From Alphaproteobacteria bacterium (GTDB lineage Bacteria; Pseudomonadota; Alphaproteobacteria; Rs-D84; SZUA-605), in the NCBI GenBank assembly GCA_031549385.1, contig JAVBPW010000001.1, positions 224,001-288,000 on the forward strand: a stretch of 64,000 bases of DNA. Reading direction: 5' to 3'. Shown piece by piece: positions 40,246-48,553 of the stretch. Numbering within the stretch: position 1 is the first letter of the stretch; every line of letters begins with the position of its first letter. The position numbers and the translations under genes are program-made. The notes beneath the pieces are model-generated. The model saw only the letters and a list, made by a program, of their open reading frames with translations. It searched no databases and had not been told where the DNA came from.

Positions 40246-41148
40246 ATGAATTTTGATAAATGGATTGTTATTGATAAGCCTTTAGGAATGACTAGTACAC
40301 AAGTACTTGGCAAAGTTAGAAAATTGTTAGGTGTAAAAAAAGTTGGCCATTTGGGTACACTTGATCCTTTAGCTACTGGAGTTTTACCTATTGCACTTGG
40401 AGAGGCTACTAAAACTATACCTTTTATTAATGACCATACAAAAGAATATGAATTTAATATAATATTTGGAATTGAGTCAGAAACACAGGATTTAGAAGGT
40501 ATAAACTTAGAAAATTTACACGATTTTGAATCTGTTAGCGAATCTGCAATAAGAGCTATTTTACCGGCTTTTAATGGAAAAATTACACAAACACCTCCTC
40601 AATATAGTGCTGTTAAGATTAATGGAGTACCTGCTTATAAGCTAGCAAGAGCAGGTGAGGTGGCTGAAATTAAGCCTAGGGAAGTTGAAATTTATAGCTT
40701 AAAATTTTTAGGAATGGTAAAACCTTATGAAGCTTCTTTTAAAGTTGTTTGTTCTACAGGAACTTATGTTAGGTCACTTGCTGTGGATATTTGTAAAAAA
40801 TTAGGAGTTAAAGGTGTTGTTTCTTTAATCCGCCGACTTCAATCTGGAGTGTTTAAAATTGAAGATTCTATTTTACTTGAAAATTTGGAAAAAATTTCTT
40901 ATAATTTGCCGGAATCGCAAAATGATGTCGTTAATGAAATATTTTTATCTTTAAATAAGGTTCTGGCCGACATCCCGGGTCTTGTTTTAAATCAAGATGA
41001 TATTTCATTGCTGCAACATGGGCAATTTGTGAAACACGAATTTGTTCAGGGTCAAGTTAGAATTGTCGATGACAAAAATAATTTGATTGCGATTGCAAAG
41101 AGTGAAGATGGATTTCTTAAACCTTTGCGAATTTTTAACAACAAATAA
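40246..41148 (+). CDS. truB: tRNA pseudouridine 55 synthase
   Basis: IDKPLGMTS, KVGHLGTLDPLATGVL, QTPPQYSAVK, CSTGTYVRSL; ATG 40246 preferred. Confidence 0.97.
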   Translation: MNFDKWIVIDKPLGMTSTQVLGKVRKLLGVKKVGHLGTLDPLATGVLPIALGEATKTIPFINDHTKEYEFNIIFGIESETQDLEGINLENLHDFESVSESAIRAILPAFNGKITQTPPQYSAVKINGVPAYKLARAGEVAEIKPREVEIYSLKFLGMVKPYEASFKVVCSTGTYVRSLAVDICKKLGVKGVVSLIRRLQSGVFKIEDSILLENLEKISYNLPESQNDVVNEIFLSLNKVLADIPGLVLNQDDISLLQHGQFVKHEFVQGQVRIVDDKNNLIAIAKSEDGFLKPLRIFNNK

Positions 41149-41162
41149 AAAGGAGCATCGCG

Positions 41163-41432
41163 ATGTCGATTACTAAAGAAAAAAAAGCTGTTATCATTAA
41201 AGATAATGCTATTAGTGAAAAAGATACTGGATCTGCATTTGTGCAGGTTGCTGTTTTAACTGAACGTATTAATTCTTTAACTGAACATATGAAAGCTAAT
41301 AAAAAAGATTTCAATTGTCGTTTAGGATTAGAAAAGTTAGTTGGAAGACGTAAAAGATTATTAGCTTATTTGAAAGAAAATAATGCTAAGGCTTATGAAG
41401 AATTAATTAAAAAATTAGGACTTCGTAAATAA
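41163..41432 (+). CDS. rpsO: 30S ribosomal protein S15
   Basis: DTGS..VQVA.LTERI..LTEH, GL..LVGRRKRLL.YL, LGLRK. Confidence 0.98.
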   Translation: MSITKEKKAVIIKDNAISEKDTGSAFVQVAVLTERINSLTEHMKANKKDFNCRLGLEKLVGRRKRLLAYLKENNAKAYEELIKKLGLRK

Positions 41433-41440
41433 ATTGGAGG

Positions 41441-41462
41441 AGGGGTGTTTGCACCCCTTTTC
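41441..41462 (+). terminator. rpsO terminator
   Basis: AGGGGTG-TTTG-CACCCCT followed by T-run. Confidence 0.85.
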
Positions 41463-41498
41463 TTGTAATATGGTAAAACATATTATATAATTGTGAAT

Positions 41499-41586
41499 AA
41501 GATAAGGACAATATGTATAAAATAGTTTTTTTATACACAGTTTAAAAAGTTGTGCATAAGTAAGCTATTTATATTTTCCTTGTCTT
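41499..41586 (+). promoter_or_regulatory. Long hairpin in pnp leader (probable RNase III autoregulation site)
   Basis: AAGATAAGGA/TCCTTGTCTT, AAATAGTTT/AAGCTATTT, TTATACACAGTT/AGTTGTGCATAA nested stems. Confidence 0.7.
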
Positions 41587-41620
41587 GAAGTTAACTTAAA
41601 CATTAAAAAGGAAAATAAAA

Positions 41621-43714
41621 ATGTTTGGAAAAAAATCAATGTTCAACGAAACTAAAGTTGAATTTAAATGGAATAACGCAAAAGTTGTTCTGGAAACTGG
41701 AAAATTAGCTAGACAGGCTACTGGCGCTGTTTGGGCTACTATGGGAGAAACTAAAGTTCTTGCGACCGTGGTTGCTGCTAAAAAAGCAACTGAAGGACAA
41801 GACTTCTTCCCACTTACTGTGGATTATGCAGAAAAATATTCTTCTGTTGGAAGATTACCTGGCGGATTTAAAAAGAGAGAAGGGCGACCAAGCGACGACG
41901 AAATTCTTGTTTCTCGTTTGATTGATAGACCTATTAGACCTTTGTTCCCAGAAACATTCTTCAATGAAGTACAATTGCTTACAACTGTTTATGCTTATGA
42001 TGGTGTTAATAGCCCCGATATTTTGGCTTTAATTGCTGCATCTGCTTGTTTGAGTATCTCTGGTGTTCCATTTATGGGACCTATTGGTGCTGTTAGAGTT
42101 GGATATATTAATAATGAATATGTTTTCAATCCTACACCAGAAGCAAGAAAAGAATCTGCTCTTGAATTAGTTGTTGCTGGAACTTCTAATGGAGTTTTGA
42201 TGGTAGAATCTGAAGCAAAACAATTAAATGAAGATATCATGTTAGGTGCTGTTAAAGCTGGATTTGAAAACTTCCAAGTTGTTATTAAAAATATTAATGA
42301 CTTTGCTAAAAAAGCTAAAAAAGAAGCTTGGGAAGTTCCTGCAAGAACTCCTGCTTTTGCTGAAGTTATGAAACTTTTAGAAAAGAAAGCATTACCTGAT
42401 CTTACTAAAGCTTATAAAATTAAAGACAAGTTAGAAAGACAAGATGCTGTTGCTGCTGCTAAAGAAGCTGCTAAAGAAGCTATTGCTGAAAATGAAGAAT
42501 TATTACCTGCATTTGAAACTGCTTTCTTTGAAACAGAATATAAACTTGTTCGTGGAATGGCTTTAAATGATAAAAAGAGAATCGACGGAAGAAAGTTAGA
42601 TGAAGTTAGACCTATTGAATGTGAAGTTGATATTTTACCAACTAATCACGGTTCATCTTTATTTACACGTGGAGAAACTCAATCTCTTGCTACTTTGACT
42701 TTAGCTACAGTAGATGAAGGTCAAATGATTGATGATATTTATGGTATTAGAGATGAAAATTTCTTATTACATTATAACTTCCCAGCTTTCTCTGTTGGAG
42801 AAATTTCAAGAAGAGCATCACTTGGTAGACGTGAACTTGGACATGGAAAATTAGGTTGGAGAGCTCTTCACCCTGTATTGCCATCTCTTGAAGAATTCGG
42901 TTATACTATCAAAATTACTTCTGATATTTTAGAATCTAATGGTTCATCTTCTATGGCTACTGTTTGTGCTGGATGTATGGCTTTAATGGCTGGTGGAGTG
43001 CAAATTAAAGCTCCTGTTGCTGGTATTGCTATGGGTCTTATTAAAGAAGGTAATGACTATGTAGTTCTTTCTGATATCATGGGTGACGAAGATCATCTTG
43101 GAGATATGGACTTTAAAGTGGCTGGATCTAAAGAAGGTATCACATCTTTACAAATGGATATTAAAATTACTTCTATTACTTTTGAAATTATGGAAAAAGC
43201 TTTGAAACAAGCTCGAGATGGACGTATTCATATCTTGGGTGAAATGGCTAAAGCTATTAAGGCACCTAGAAAAGATCTTTCTAAGAATGCTCCTCAAATA
43301 GAAGATATTGAAATTCCTGCTGCTAAAGTTAGAGAAGTTATCGGAAGCGGTGGATCGGTTATTAAGAAAATCCAAGAAGATTTCCAAGTAACTGTTAATA
43401 TCGACGATAAGAATGTTGCACATGTTGCATCTGCTAACCTTGAAAATTTAGAAAAAGCTGTTGCTTTTATTAAAGGTATTTTTGCTGAACCTGAAGTTGG
43501 GCAAATTTATACAGGTGAAGTTGTAAATATCCAAAAGTTCGGTGCATTCGTTAGATTTTTTGGCCAACAAGATGGACTTGTTCATATCTCTGAATTTGGT
43601 ACAAAAGAAAAACGTGTTGATAATATCGAAACAGTTGTAAAACTTGGAGATAAATTAAAGGTTAAATACCTTGGAAAAGAAAAAGGTAAAACTAAATTAC
43701 AATTAGTAAAATAG
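41621..43714 (+). CDS. pnp: Polyribonucleotide nucleotidyltransferase
   Basis: ETGKLARQA, RLIDRPIRPLF, FTRGETQ, ESNGSSSMA, GDMDFKVAG, KH and S1 domains. Confidence 0.98.
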   Translation: MFGKKSMFNETKVEFKWNNAKVVLETGKLARQATGAVWATMGETKVLATVVAAKKATEGQDFFPLTVDYAEKYSSVGRLPGGFKKREGRPSDDEILVSRLIDRPIRPLFPETFFNEVQLLTTVYAYDGVNSPDILALIAASACLSISGVPFMGPIGAVRVGYINNEYVFNPTPEARKESALELVVAGTSNGVLMVESEAKQLNEDIMLGAVKAGFENFQVVIKNINDFAKKAKKEAWEVPARTPAFAEVMKLLEKKALPDLTKAYKIKDKLERQDAVAAAKEAAKEAIAENEELLPAFETAFFETEYKLVRGMALNDKKRIDGRKLDEVRPIECEVDILPTNHGSSLFTRGETQSLATLTLATVDEGQMIDDIYGIRDENFLLHYNFPAFSVGEISRRASLGRRELGHGKLGWRALHPVLPSLEEFGYTIKITSDILESNGSSSMATVCAGCMALMAGGVQIKAPVAGIAMGLIKEGNDYVVLSDIMGDEDHLGDMDFKVAGSKEGITSLQMDIKITSITFEIMEKALKQARDGRIHILGEMAKAIKAPRKDLSKNAPQIEDIEIPAAKVREVIGSGGSVIKKIQEDFQVTVNIDDKNVAHVASANLENLEKAVAFIKGIFAEPEVGQIYTGEVVNIQKFGAFVRFFGQQDGLVHISEFGTKEKRVDNIETVVKLGDKLKVKYLGKEKGKTKLQLVK

Positions 43715-43737
43715 AAAACCAATTTTTAAATAAAAGG

Positions 43738-43785
43738 CCGGCATTTAGCCGGCTTTTTGTTTATTAAACACTTGTTTTTGGATTC
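43738..43785 (+). repeat. Oriented intergenic module (copy 4; includes pnp terminator hairpin)
   Basis: CCGGC-ATTTA-GCCGGCTTTT...TAAACACTTGTTTTTGGATTC. Confidence 0.8.
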
Positions 43786-44026
43786 AATTTTGCTCATAGA
43801 ACAGAACATGTTCCTCTGATTGAGGAGCTGTTAGTTCAACTCTTTGACAAAAGACATCTTCGCCAGATTTGAGAGGAACCCCTTCTTGTGGAAACATGTA
43901 AACAATGTCTCCAGAAATAACTGTTTTTAGCGTTATCCGTGCTTCGGATACGTCTATAATTCTGCACCTTACAGGAGTCTTTATTTCTCCTTTTGATACA
44001 GCTCTTAGAAACTGTTTTCTGGTCAT
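43784..44026 (-). CDS. Small hypothetical protein (80 aa)
   Basis: Higher GC than flanks, own TTGACA promoter, leader shared with 44331-44582. Confidence 0.6.
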   Translation of the reverse strand: MTRKQFLRAVSKGEIKTPVRCRIIDVSEARITLKTVISGDIVYMFPQEGVPLKSGEDVFCQRVELTAPQSEEHVLFYEQN

Positions 44027-44145
44027 TTCTTTTATATGTTTTTAGGTTTAAAATTTAAAAGTTCTTTTGGTTTTAATATATATTGAATCTAATGTCAAAA
44101 GAATTATTGATTTTATTAACATTTATTTATATATTCTTCTTACGC

Positions 44146-44220
44146 GTCCCTATCGTCTAGCGGTTAGGACAGAGGGTTCTCAATCCTCCAACACGGGTTC
44201 GAATCCCGTTAGGGATGCCA
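44146..44220 (+). tRNA. tRNA-Glu(CUC)
   Basis: GTCCCTATCGTCTAGCGGTTAGGAC...GAGGG-TTCTCAA-TCCTC...GGTTCGAATCC...TAGGGATGCCA. Confidence 0.96.
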
Positions 44221-44241
44221 GCAACTTGAAGTTGCACACTT
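44221..44241 (+). repeat. tRNA 3' trailer palindrome
   Basis: GCAACTT-G-AAGTTGC-ACACTT directly after CCA. Confidence 0.9.
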
Positions 44242-44274
44242 TATTAGGGGTTATAGCTTGTGTTAATGTTATAA

Positions 44275-44308
44275 AAAAAGAGTCTGATTTTTCAATCAAA
44301 CTCTTTTT
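44275..44308. terminator. Bidirectional terminator-like hairpin
   Basis: AAAAAGAGT.TGATT...AATCA.ACTCTTTTT. Confidence 0.65.
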
Positions 44309-44330
44309 ATAAAATAACTGGAAATTTGTT

Positions 44331-44582
44331 TTAACCATCTATGACAAATTCAATGAAGAACCAAATGCTGCCGAGGAATATAAGTCCGCCAAAAATAACA
44401 AGAATAACAGTTATAATAAGTGGAACTTCTGGAATAAAGAAACCTGCGCATACTATCAATATACCTATAGCAAAAATACAAAGGGTTATTAAGGTGTGTA
44501 ATATCGTAAATAAACACCCTCCGCCCTTTTCATCACCTCCATAATGTACAGGAGGTATTACAGTTGGAACAATGATTACCAT
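44331..44582 (-). CDS. Small two-TM membrane protein
   Basis: Two hydrophobic helices, TTGACA-N17-TATATA promoter. Confidence 0.65.
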   Translation of the reverse strand: MVIIVPTVIPPVHYGGDEKGGGCLFTILHTLITLCIFAIGILIVCAGFFIPEVPLIITVILVIFGGLIFLGSIWFFIEFVIDG

Positions 44583-44727
44583 GGTTTTATGTTTTTAAGG
44601 TTTATGTATTTTTAATACATCTATGAACTTTATATAGTAACATATACTATATTTGTCAAGAGTCTTTCATATATATTTTTTATGTATTTTATGGTAGAAT
44701 TAGTAAAATAATTTAATAGGAGATATT

Positions 44728-45174
44728 ATGGGTTTTTTGGGAGAGTTTAAAAAATTTGCTATGCGTGGTAATGTTATTGATATGTCTGTCGGTATCATTA
44801 TTGGGGCTGCTTTTGGTAAAATTGTTGATTCTATGGTGAAAGATATACTTATGCCAGGGATTGGTATGCTTGTTGGTAATGTAGATTTTAGTAATATTTT
44901 TATTACTCTTAAACATGGAAAACAAGTTGATCCTTATAACTCTTTAGCTCAAGCTGTTGCTGATGGAGCTGTTACTATTAATATTGGGGTTTTTATTAAT
45001 ACTTTTATTACATTTATAATTGTGGCTTTTGCTGTGTTCTTGTTGATTAGAACTATTAATAAGGTTGATAAAAATCAAATACAAATCAATAAACAAAAAA
45101 GTTGTCCAGAATGCTTTGAAAAGATAAATATTAAAGCTAAAAGATGTCCTAATTGTACTTCTAAATTAGACTAA
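44728..45174 (+). CDS. mscL: Large-conductance mechanosensitive channel with C-terminal CxxC-CxxC
   Basis: EFKKFAMRGNVIDMSVGIIIGAAF; CPEC...RCPNC tail. Confidence 0.97.
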   Translation: MGFLGEFKKFAMRGNVIDMSVGIIIGAAFGKIVDSMVKDILMPGIGMLVGNVDFSNIFITLKHGKQVDPYNSLAQAVADGAVTINIGVFINTFITFIIVAFAVFLLIRTINKVDKNQIQINKQKSCPECFEKINIKAKRCPNCTSKLD

Positions 45175-45177
45175 ATA

Positions 45178-45226
45178 CCGGCTTTTAGTGATATTTTTAA
45201 TTTTATAAAGTATTGTTTTTGGATTC
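45178..45226 (+). repeat. Oriented intergenic module (copy 5)
   Basis: CCGGCTTTT...TAAAGTATTGTTTTTGGATTC. Confidence 0.85.
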
Positions 45227-45260
45227 TAATTTGTTGTTTTAAAATATAAAGGAGATAATT

Positions 45261-45728
45261 ATGAAAGTTTCAGGTGAGTATAAATTAAAAGATTATTTTA
45301 AATACTTTTTCTATATTATGTTTTCAAGGAGATCTATTCCTGTTTTTATAATAGTAGCTCTTATATTTGCTTTTTTATATGAAAGTTTATTCGTTGCATA
45401 TTTTTGTATAACTTGGTTTTTAGTTATATTTATATTTGTACTTTTAATTACTTATTTTAGATATAAAACAATGAAAAAAGCTGCTAAACTTGGATTGAAA
45501 TTTCGTTCTGATATAACTCTTGGTAATGAAGAATTAAAAGTAGAAGATTTTGTAGGAGATGCTGTTTTTAAATTTTCTGATTTTAGAAGATTATACTGTG
45601 TTAAAGAATTTAAAAATTATTTTTATGTTTTTATAATTAGAAGTCAGGCTATTATTATTCCAAAAAGATTTTTTAATAATAAAAATGATATGCAAAAATT
45701 TAGAGAAAAGATTGTAGAATATTTATAA
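45261..45728 (+). CDS. YcxB-like membrane protein
   Basis: Two TM helices then VKEFKNYFYVF....AIIIPKRFF. Confidence 0.8.
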   Translation: MKVSGEYKLKDYFKYFFYIMFSRRSIPVFIIVALIFAFLYESLFVAYFCITWFLVIFIFVLLITYFRYKTMKKAAKLGLKFRSDITLGNEELKVEDFVGDAVFKFSDFRRLYCVKEFKNYFYVFIIRSQAIIIPKRFFNNKNDMQKFREKIVEYL

Positions 45729-45731
45729 AAT

Positions 45732-45781
45732 CCGGCTTTTAACCGGATTTTTTATTTTTATAAGTCTTTGTTTTTTGAATC
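45732..45781 (+). repeat. Oriented intergenic module (copy 6; also a terminator hairpin)
   Basis: CCGGCTTTTAACCGG...TAAGTCTTTGTTTTTTGAATC. Confidence 0.88.
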
Positions 45782-45785
45782 AAAT

Positions 45786-46466
45786 TTACCAAATGTTGTC
45801 TTTTAGTTTTGATATGAAATCTAAATGATTTTTTAAGTCATCTTCTTGGATTGGAAATATTCTTGGTTCTTTGTAAGTTTTACCTTTTAGTTTTACTTGT
45901 TTTAAGTCACCTTTTTTTTCTGATTCAAAAAATTCTTGTTCTCTGTCTACTGTTAATTCTAAATAAACTTCTGATAAAATATAACTATCAAGTAATGCTC
46001 CATGACCTTTTTCATTACGTTCACTTAAATCAATTTTAAAGTACTCACAGAGGGCATCAAGTGAATGACGTGATATGTCTGTTAATTTTCGACGAGCTAT
46101 CCATAATGTGTCAATTAAACGCGTTTGTGGTATTGTTGGACGACCTATCTTTGTTAGTTCACTGTTTAAGAATTTAAAATCAAATGTTCCATTATGTGCA
46201 ACAAGAGGTGTATCATGACCTATAAATTCAATTAAATCGTTTACTATTTCACAAAAACAAGGTTTATCTGATAAAAAATCATTAGATAATTTATGTACTC
46301 TTAGCGCACCTTCTGATACTTCTTTACCTTCTGGGTTTATATAAGCATGGAAATGCTTTCCTGTTGGAACTTTATTAATTAATTCTACACAACCTATTTC
46401 AATCATTCTGTCGCCAGATACTGGATCAAATCCTGTTGTTTCTGTATCAAATACTATTTCTCTCAT
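45786..46466 (-). CDS. dnaQ: DNA polymerase III epsilon subunit
   Basis: MREIVFDTETTG, IEIGCVEL, VAHNGTFD, HGALLDS. Confidence 0.97.
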   Translation of the reverse strand: MREIVFDTETTGFDPVSGDRMIEIGCVELINKVPTGKHFHAYINPEGKEVSEGALRVHKLSNDFLSDKPCFCEIVNDLIEFIGHDTPLVAHNGTFDFKFLNSELTKIGRPTIPQTRLIDTLWIARRKLTDISRHSLDALCEYFKIDLSERNEKGHGALLDSYILSEVYLELTVDREQEFFESEKKGDLKQVKLKGKTYKEPRIFPIQEDDLKNHLDFISKLKDNIW

Positions 46467-46467
46467 T

Positions 46468-47493
46468 TTATTCACGCACCACTAAACAATCTTTATTTTT
46501 TTTCTTTATATTCTCACATATTTGATTTGCTTTTTCAAATGTTAAATTTACTAATTGTGGTTTGTAGATTATTCCTTTTTCACCTTGGCTTACCATAACT
46601 TGACTTTGGGCTGATAATCCTTCAACCACCTTTAATGCTTGGTCTTTATTATAAAATGCTCCGAGTTGAACTTTATAATCTTGGTCTATCTTTTTATATT
46701 TTTGATTTTTTAATCCTACTTTTTGAAAACCATAATCTAATAAAATAACTACTTCTTTATCTCTTTTCTTGGCTGTTTTGTTTCCTAATGATACTGCTAT
46801 GATTGTTTTACCTTGGCGAGTGGCTGATGCTATTAAATTATACCCTGATTTATCTGTATAACCTGTTTTCATTCCATTACCACCTTCATAAGTATTTAGG
46901 ATATTATTATGTGTTACATATTTCTTACCTTTATATTTAAATTCTTTAGTTTTAAAGTATTTAAAGTATTGAGGAAAATGACTATATATTGCGTAACCAA
47001 GCATTGCCATATCATATGCTGTACAATATTGATTTTCATCTGTAAGACCTGATGCATTTTTAAATGATGTGTTTTGTAGACCTATTTGTGCGGCAGCTGC
47101 TGTCATTATATCTGAAAATCCATTTTCTGTTGTTCCTATGTTTTCAGATAAAACTACTGCTGCATCATTTGCTGATTTTATTATTAATGCATATATTGCT
47201 TCTTTTACTGTTATTGTGTCGCCTATTTTTAAACCTAATTTAGTTTGAGGTTGTTGTGTGGCTCTATATGATACTTTTAATTTTTGATCTTCTTTTATTA
47301 CACCTTTTTCAAGTGCATCAAAAGTTATATATAAAACCATTAATTTTGTGAGTGATGCAGGATAATTGTTTTTAGATTCTGCTGATTTGTATAGTAGGTC
47401 ACCTGTGTCTGCATTTAATACTACATAGGAATGTTCTAATGCATTTGCATTAAAAGTGAATAGTATAGTAAAAAGTAGTATCAGTTTCTTCAT
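46468..47493 (-). CDS. D-alanyl-D-alanine carboxypeptidase (S11) with SPOR-like C-terminus
   Basis: Intact SxxK (ASLTK), SxN (SAN), KTG; YKVQLGAF. Confidence 0.93.
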   Translation of the reverse strand: MKKLILLFTILFTFNANALEHSYVVLNADTGDLLYKSAESKNNYPASLTKLMVLYITFDALEKGVIKEDQKLKVSYRATQQPQTKLGLKIGDTITVKEAIYALIIKSANDAAVVLSENIGTTENGFSDIMTAAAAQIGLQNTSFKNASGLTDENQYCTAYDMAMLGYAIYSHFPQYFKYFKTKEFKYKGKKYVTHNNILNTYEGGNGMKTGYTDKSGYNLIASATRQGKTIIAVSLGNKTAKKRDKEVVILLDYGFQKVGLKNQKYKKIDQDYKVQLGAFYNKDQALKVVEGLSAQSQVMVSQGEKGIIYKPQLVNLTFEKANQICENIKKKNKDCLVVRE

Positions 47494-47520
47494 AACAAAT
47501 ATTTATATATTAAAAGTTAT

Positions 47521-47740
47521 TATTATTACTGTGTTAAAAATTGTGAAATTAAGAAGTTTTTCATAAGTTTTTCACAGGTAAGTTTGTATTATCATTTCTA
47601 TGATTTTAAAGATATTTCAATCTTAATCAAGAGGGTTGTTAAAAAAAGAAAAACTGTTAATAAGTTGTAGTTAGATTTTAGTAAAAAAATTATTATTATT
47701 ACTATTACAAAGTTATTCACATATAGTTGTGGAAAAGTAA
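47521..47740. other. Candidate replication origin (DnaA-box cluster)
   Basis: TTWTNCACA matches at 47568-47576 (+), 47713-47721 (+), 47728-47736 (-); one-mismatch boxes at 47637 and 47655; (TAT)n-TACTATTAC tract; ~10 kb from parS. Confidence 0.55.
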
Positions 47741-47766
47741 AAAAAATCCCCAGAGGGATTTATTTT

Positions 47767-48066
47767 TTATATAATACAATTATTAATTATGTTTTCATAT
47801 TTTTCTTTTACTTTTTTAATTGTTTCGATACTTGCTTTTTTGTATCCATCATTATTTTTAATTGTTAAAAGAATTAAATTTAATAACATCATTAAAATTT
47901 CATCTTTGGAGTTAGTGTTTATTAAATTTTCTAAATCCTTTTCGATTACTTTTTCAGGTTCTGGTGGAAGAATGATTGTTTCCATTCCGTCTATTACACC
48001 TGCATGTATTATTTTATCATAATTGATATTATTACCGTTAAAGGTAAAAATTATTAAATAATTCAT
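47767..48066 (-). CDS. Small hypothetical protein (99 aa)
   Basis: TTGACT-N17-TATTAT promoter, downstream hairpin at 47741-47762. Confidence 0.55.
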   Translation of the reverse strand: MNYLIIFTFNGNNINYDKIIHAGVIDGMETIILPPEPEKVIEKDLENLINTNSKDEILMMLLNLILLTIKNNDGYKKASIETIKKVKEKYENIINNCII

Positions 48067-48134
48067 AAGATTTATTTTTTAAAGTTTAAATAAATAATAT
48101 CATTATTTTATATCATAGTCAAATTTATATTTTT

Positions 48135-48184
48135 CCGGCTTTTTAGTAGTTTTTTTATTTTTGTAAGTCTTTGTTTTTTGAATC
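48135..48184 (+). repeat. Oriented intergenic module (copy 7)
   Basis: CCGGCTTTTT...TAAGTCTTTGTTTTTTGAATC. Confidence 0.88.
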
Positions 48185-48248
48185 GAATTTTAAAGTTGTA
48201 AAAAATCATATTTTTTGGTATAATTATATACCTGTAAAGGAGAGTAAT

Positions 48249-48542
48249 ATGAAAGAGACTGTATTAAAGGCAGTTGCACAGCCACCACAATTTTTTAAAG
48301 CACCTTATAGATTAGCTATTTTTAATATTTTATTTCATGTAGCTCTTATGTGTGTTGTGCTTGTTGTGGTTTCTATTGTTAATCCTTTATTTTTTATTGT
48401 TAGTGGTTTTTTAGTTCATTTTTATTTAATATATCTTTATAAAAAAGAACCTCATATTGATAATATTTTGAAAAATATAAAAATTGTACTTAGATCTACT
48501 AATAATTTAGATGGTGAAAATGTAAAAAAGTATTTTAATTAA
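48249..48542 (+). CDS. virB3: VirB3-like type IV secretion inner-membrane protein
   Basis: LKAVAQPPQFFKAP then two TMs and KEPH; directly upstream of VirB4; ATG 48249 with GGAG RBS. Confidence 0.75.
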   Translation: MKETVLKAVAQPPQFFKAPYRLAIFNILFHVALMCVVLVVVSIVNPLFFIVSGFLVHFYLIYLYKKEPHIDNILKNIKIVLRSTNNLDGENVKKYFN

Positions 48543-48553
48543 GAGGATGTAGC

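Noticed and set aside
41492-41500. Single DnaA box TGTGAATAA upstream of pnp
   Set aside because: Isolated 9-mer, expected by chance in AT-rich DNA
45099-45174. CxxC-CxxC tail on MscL
   Set aside because: A variant already familiar from other bacterial MscL proteins
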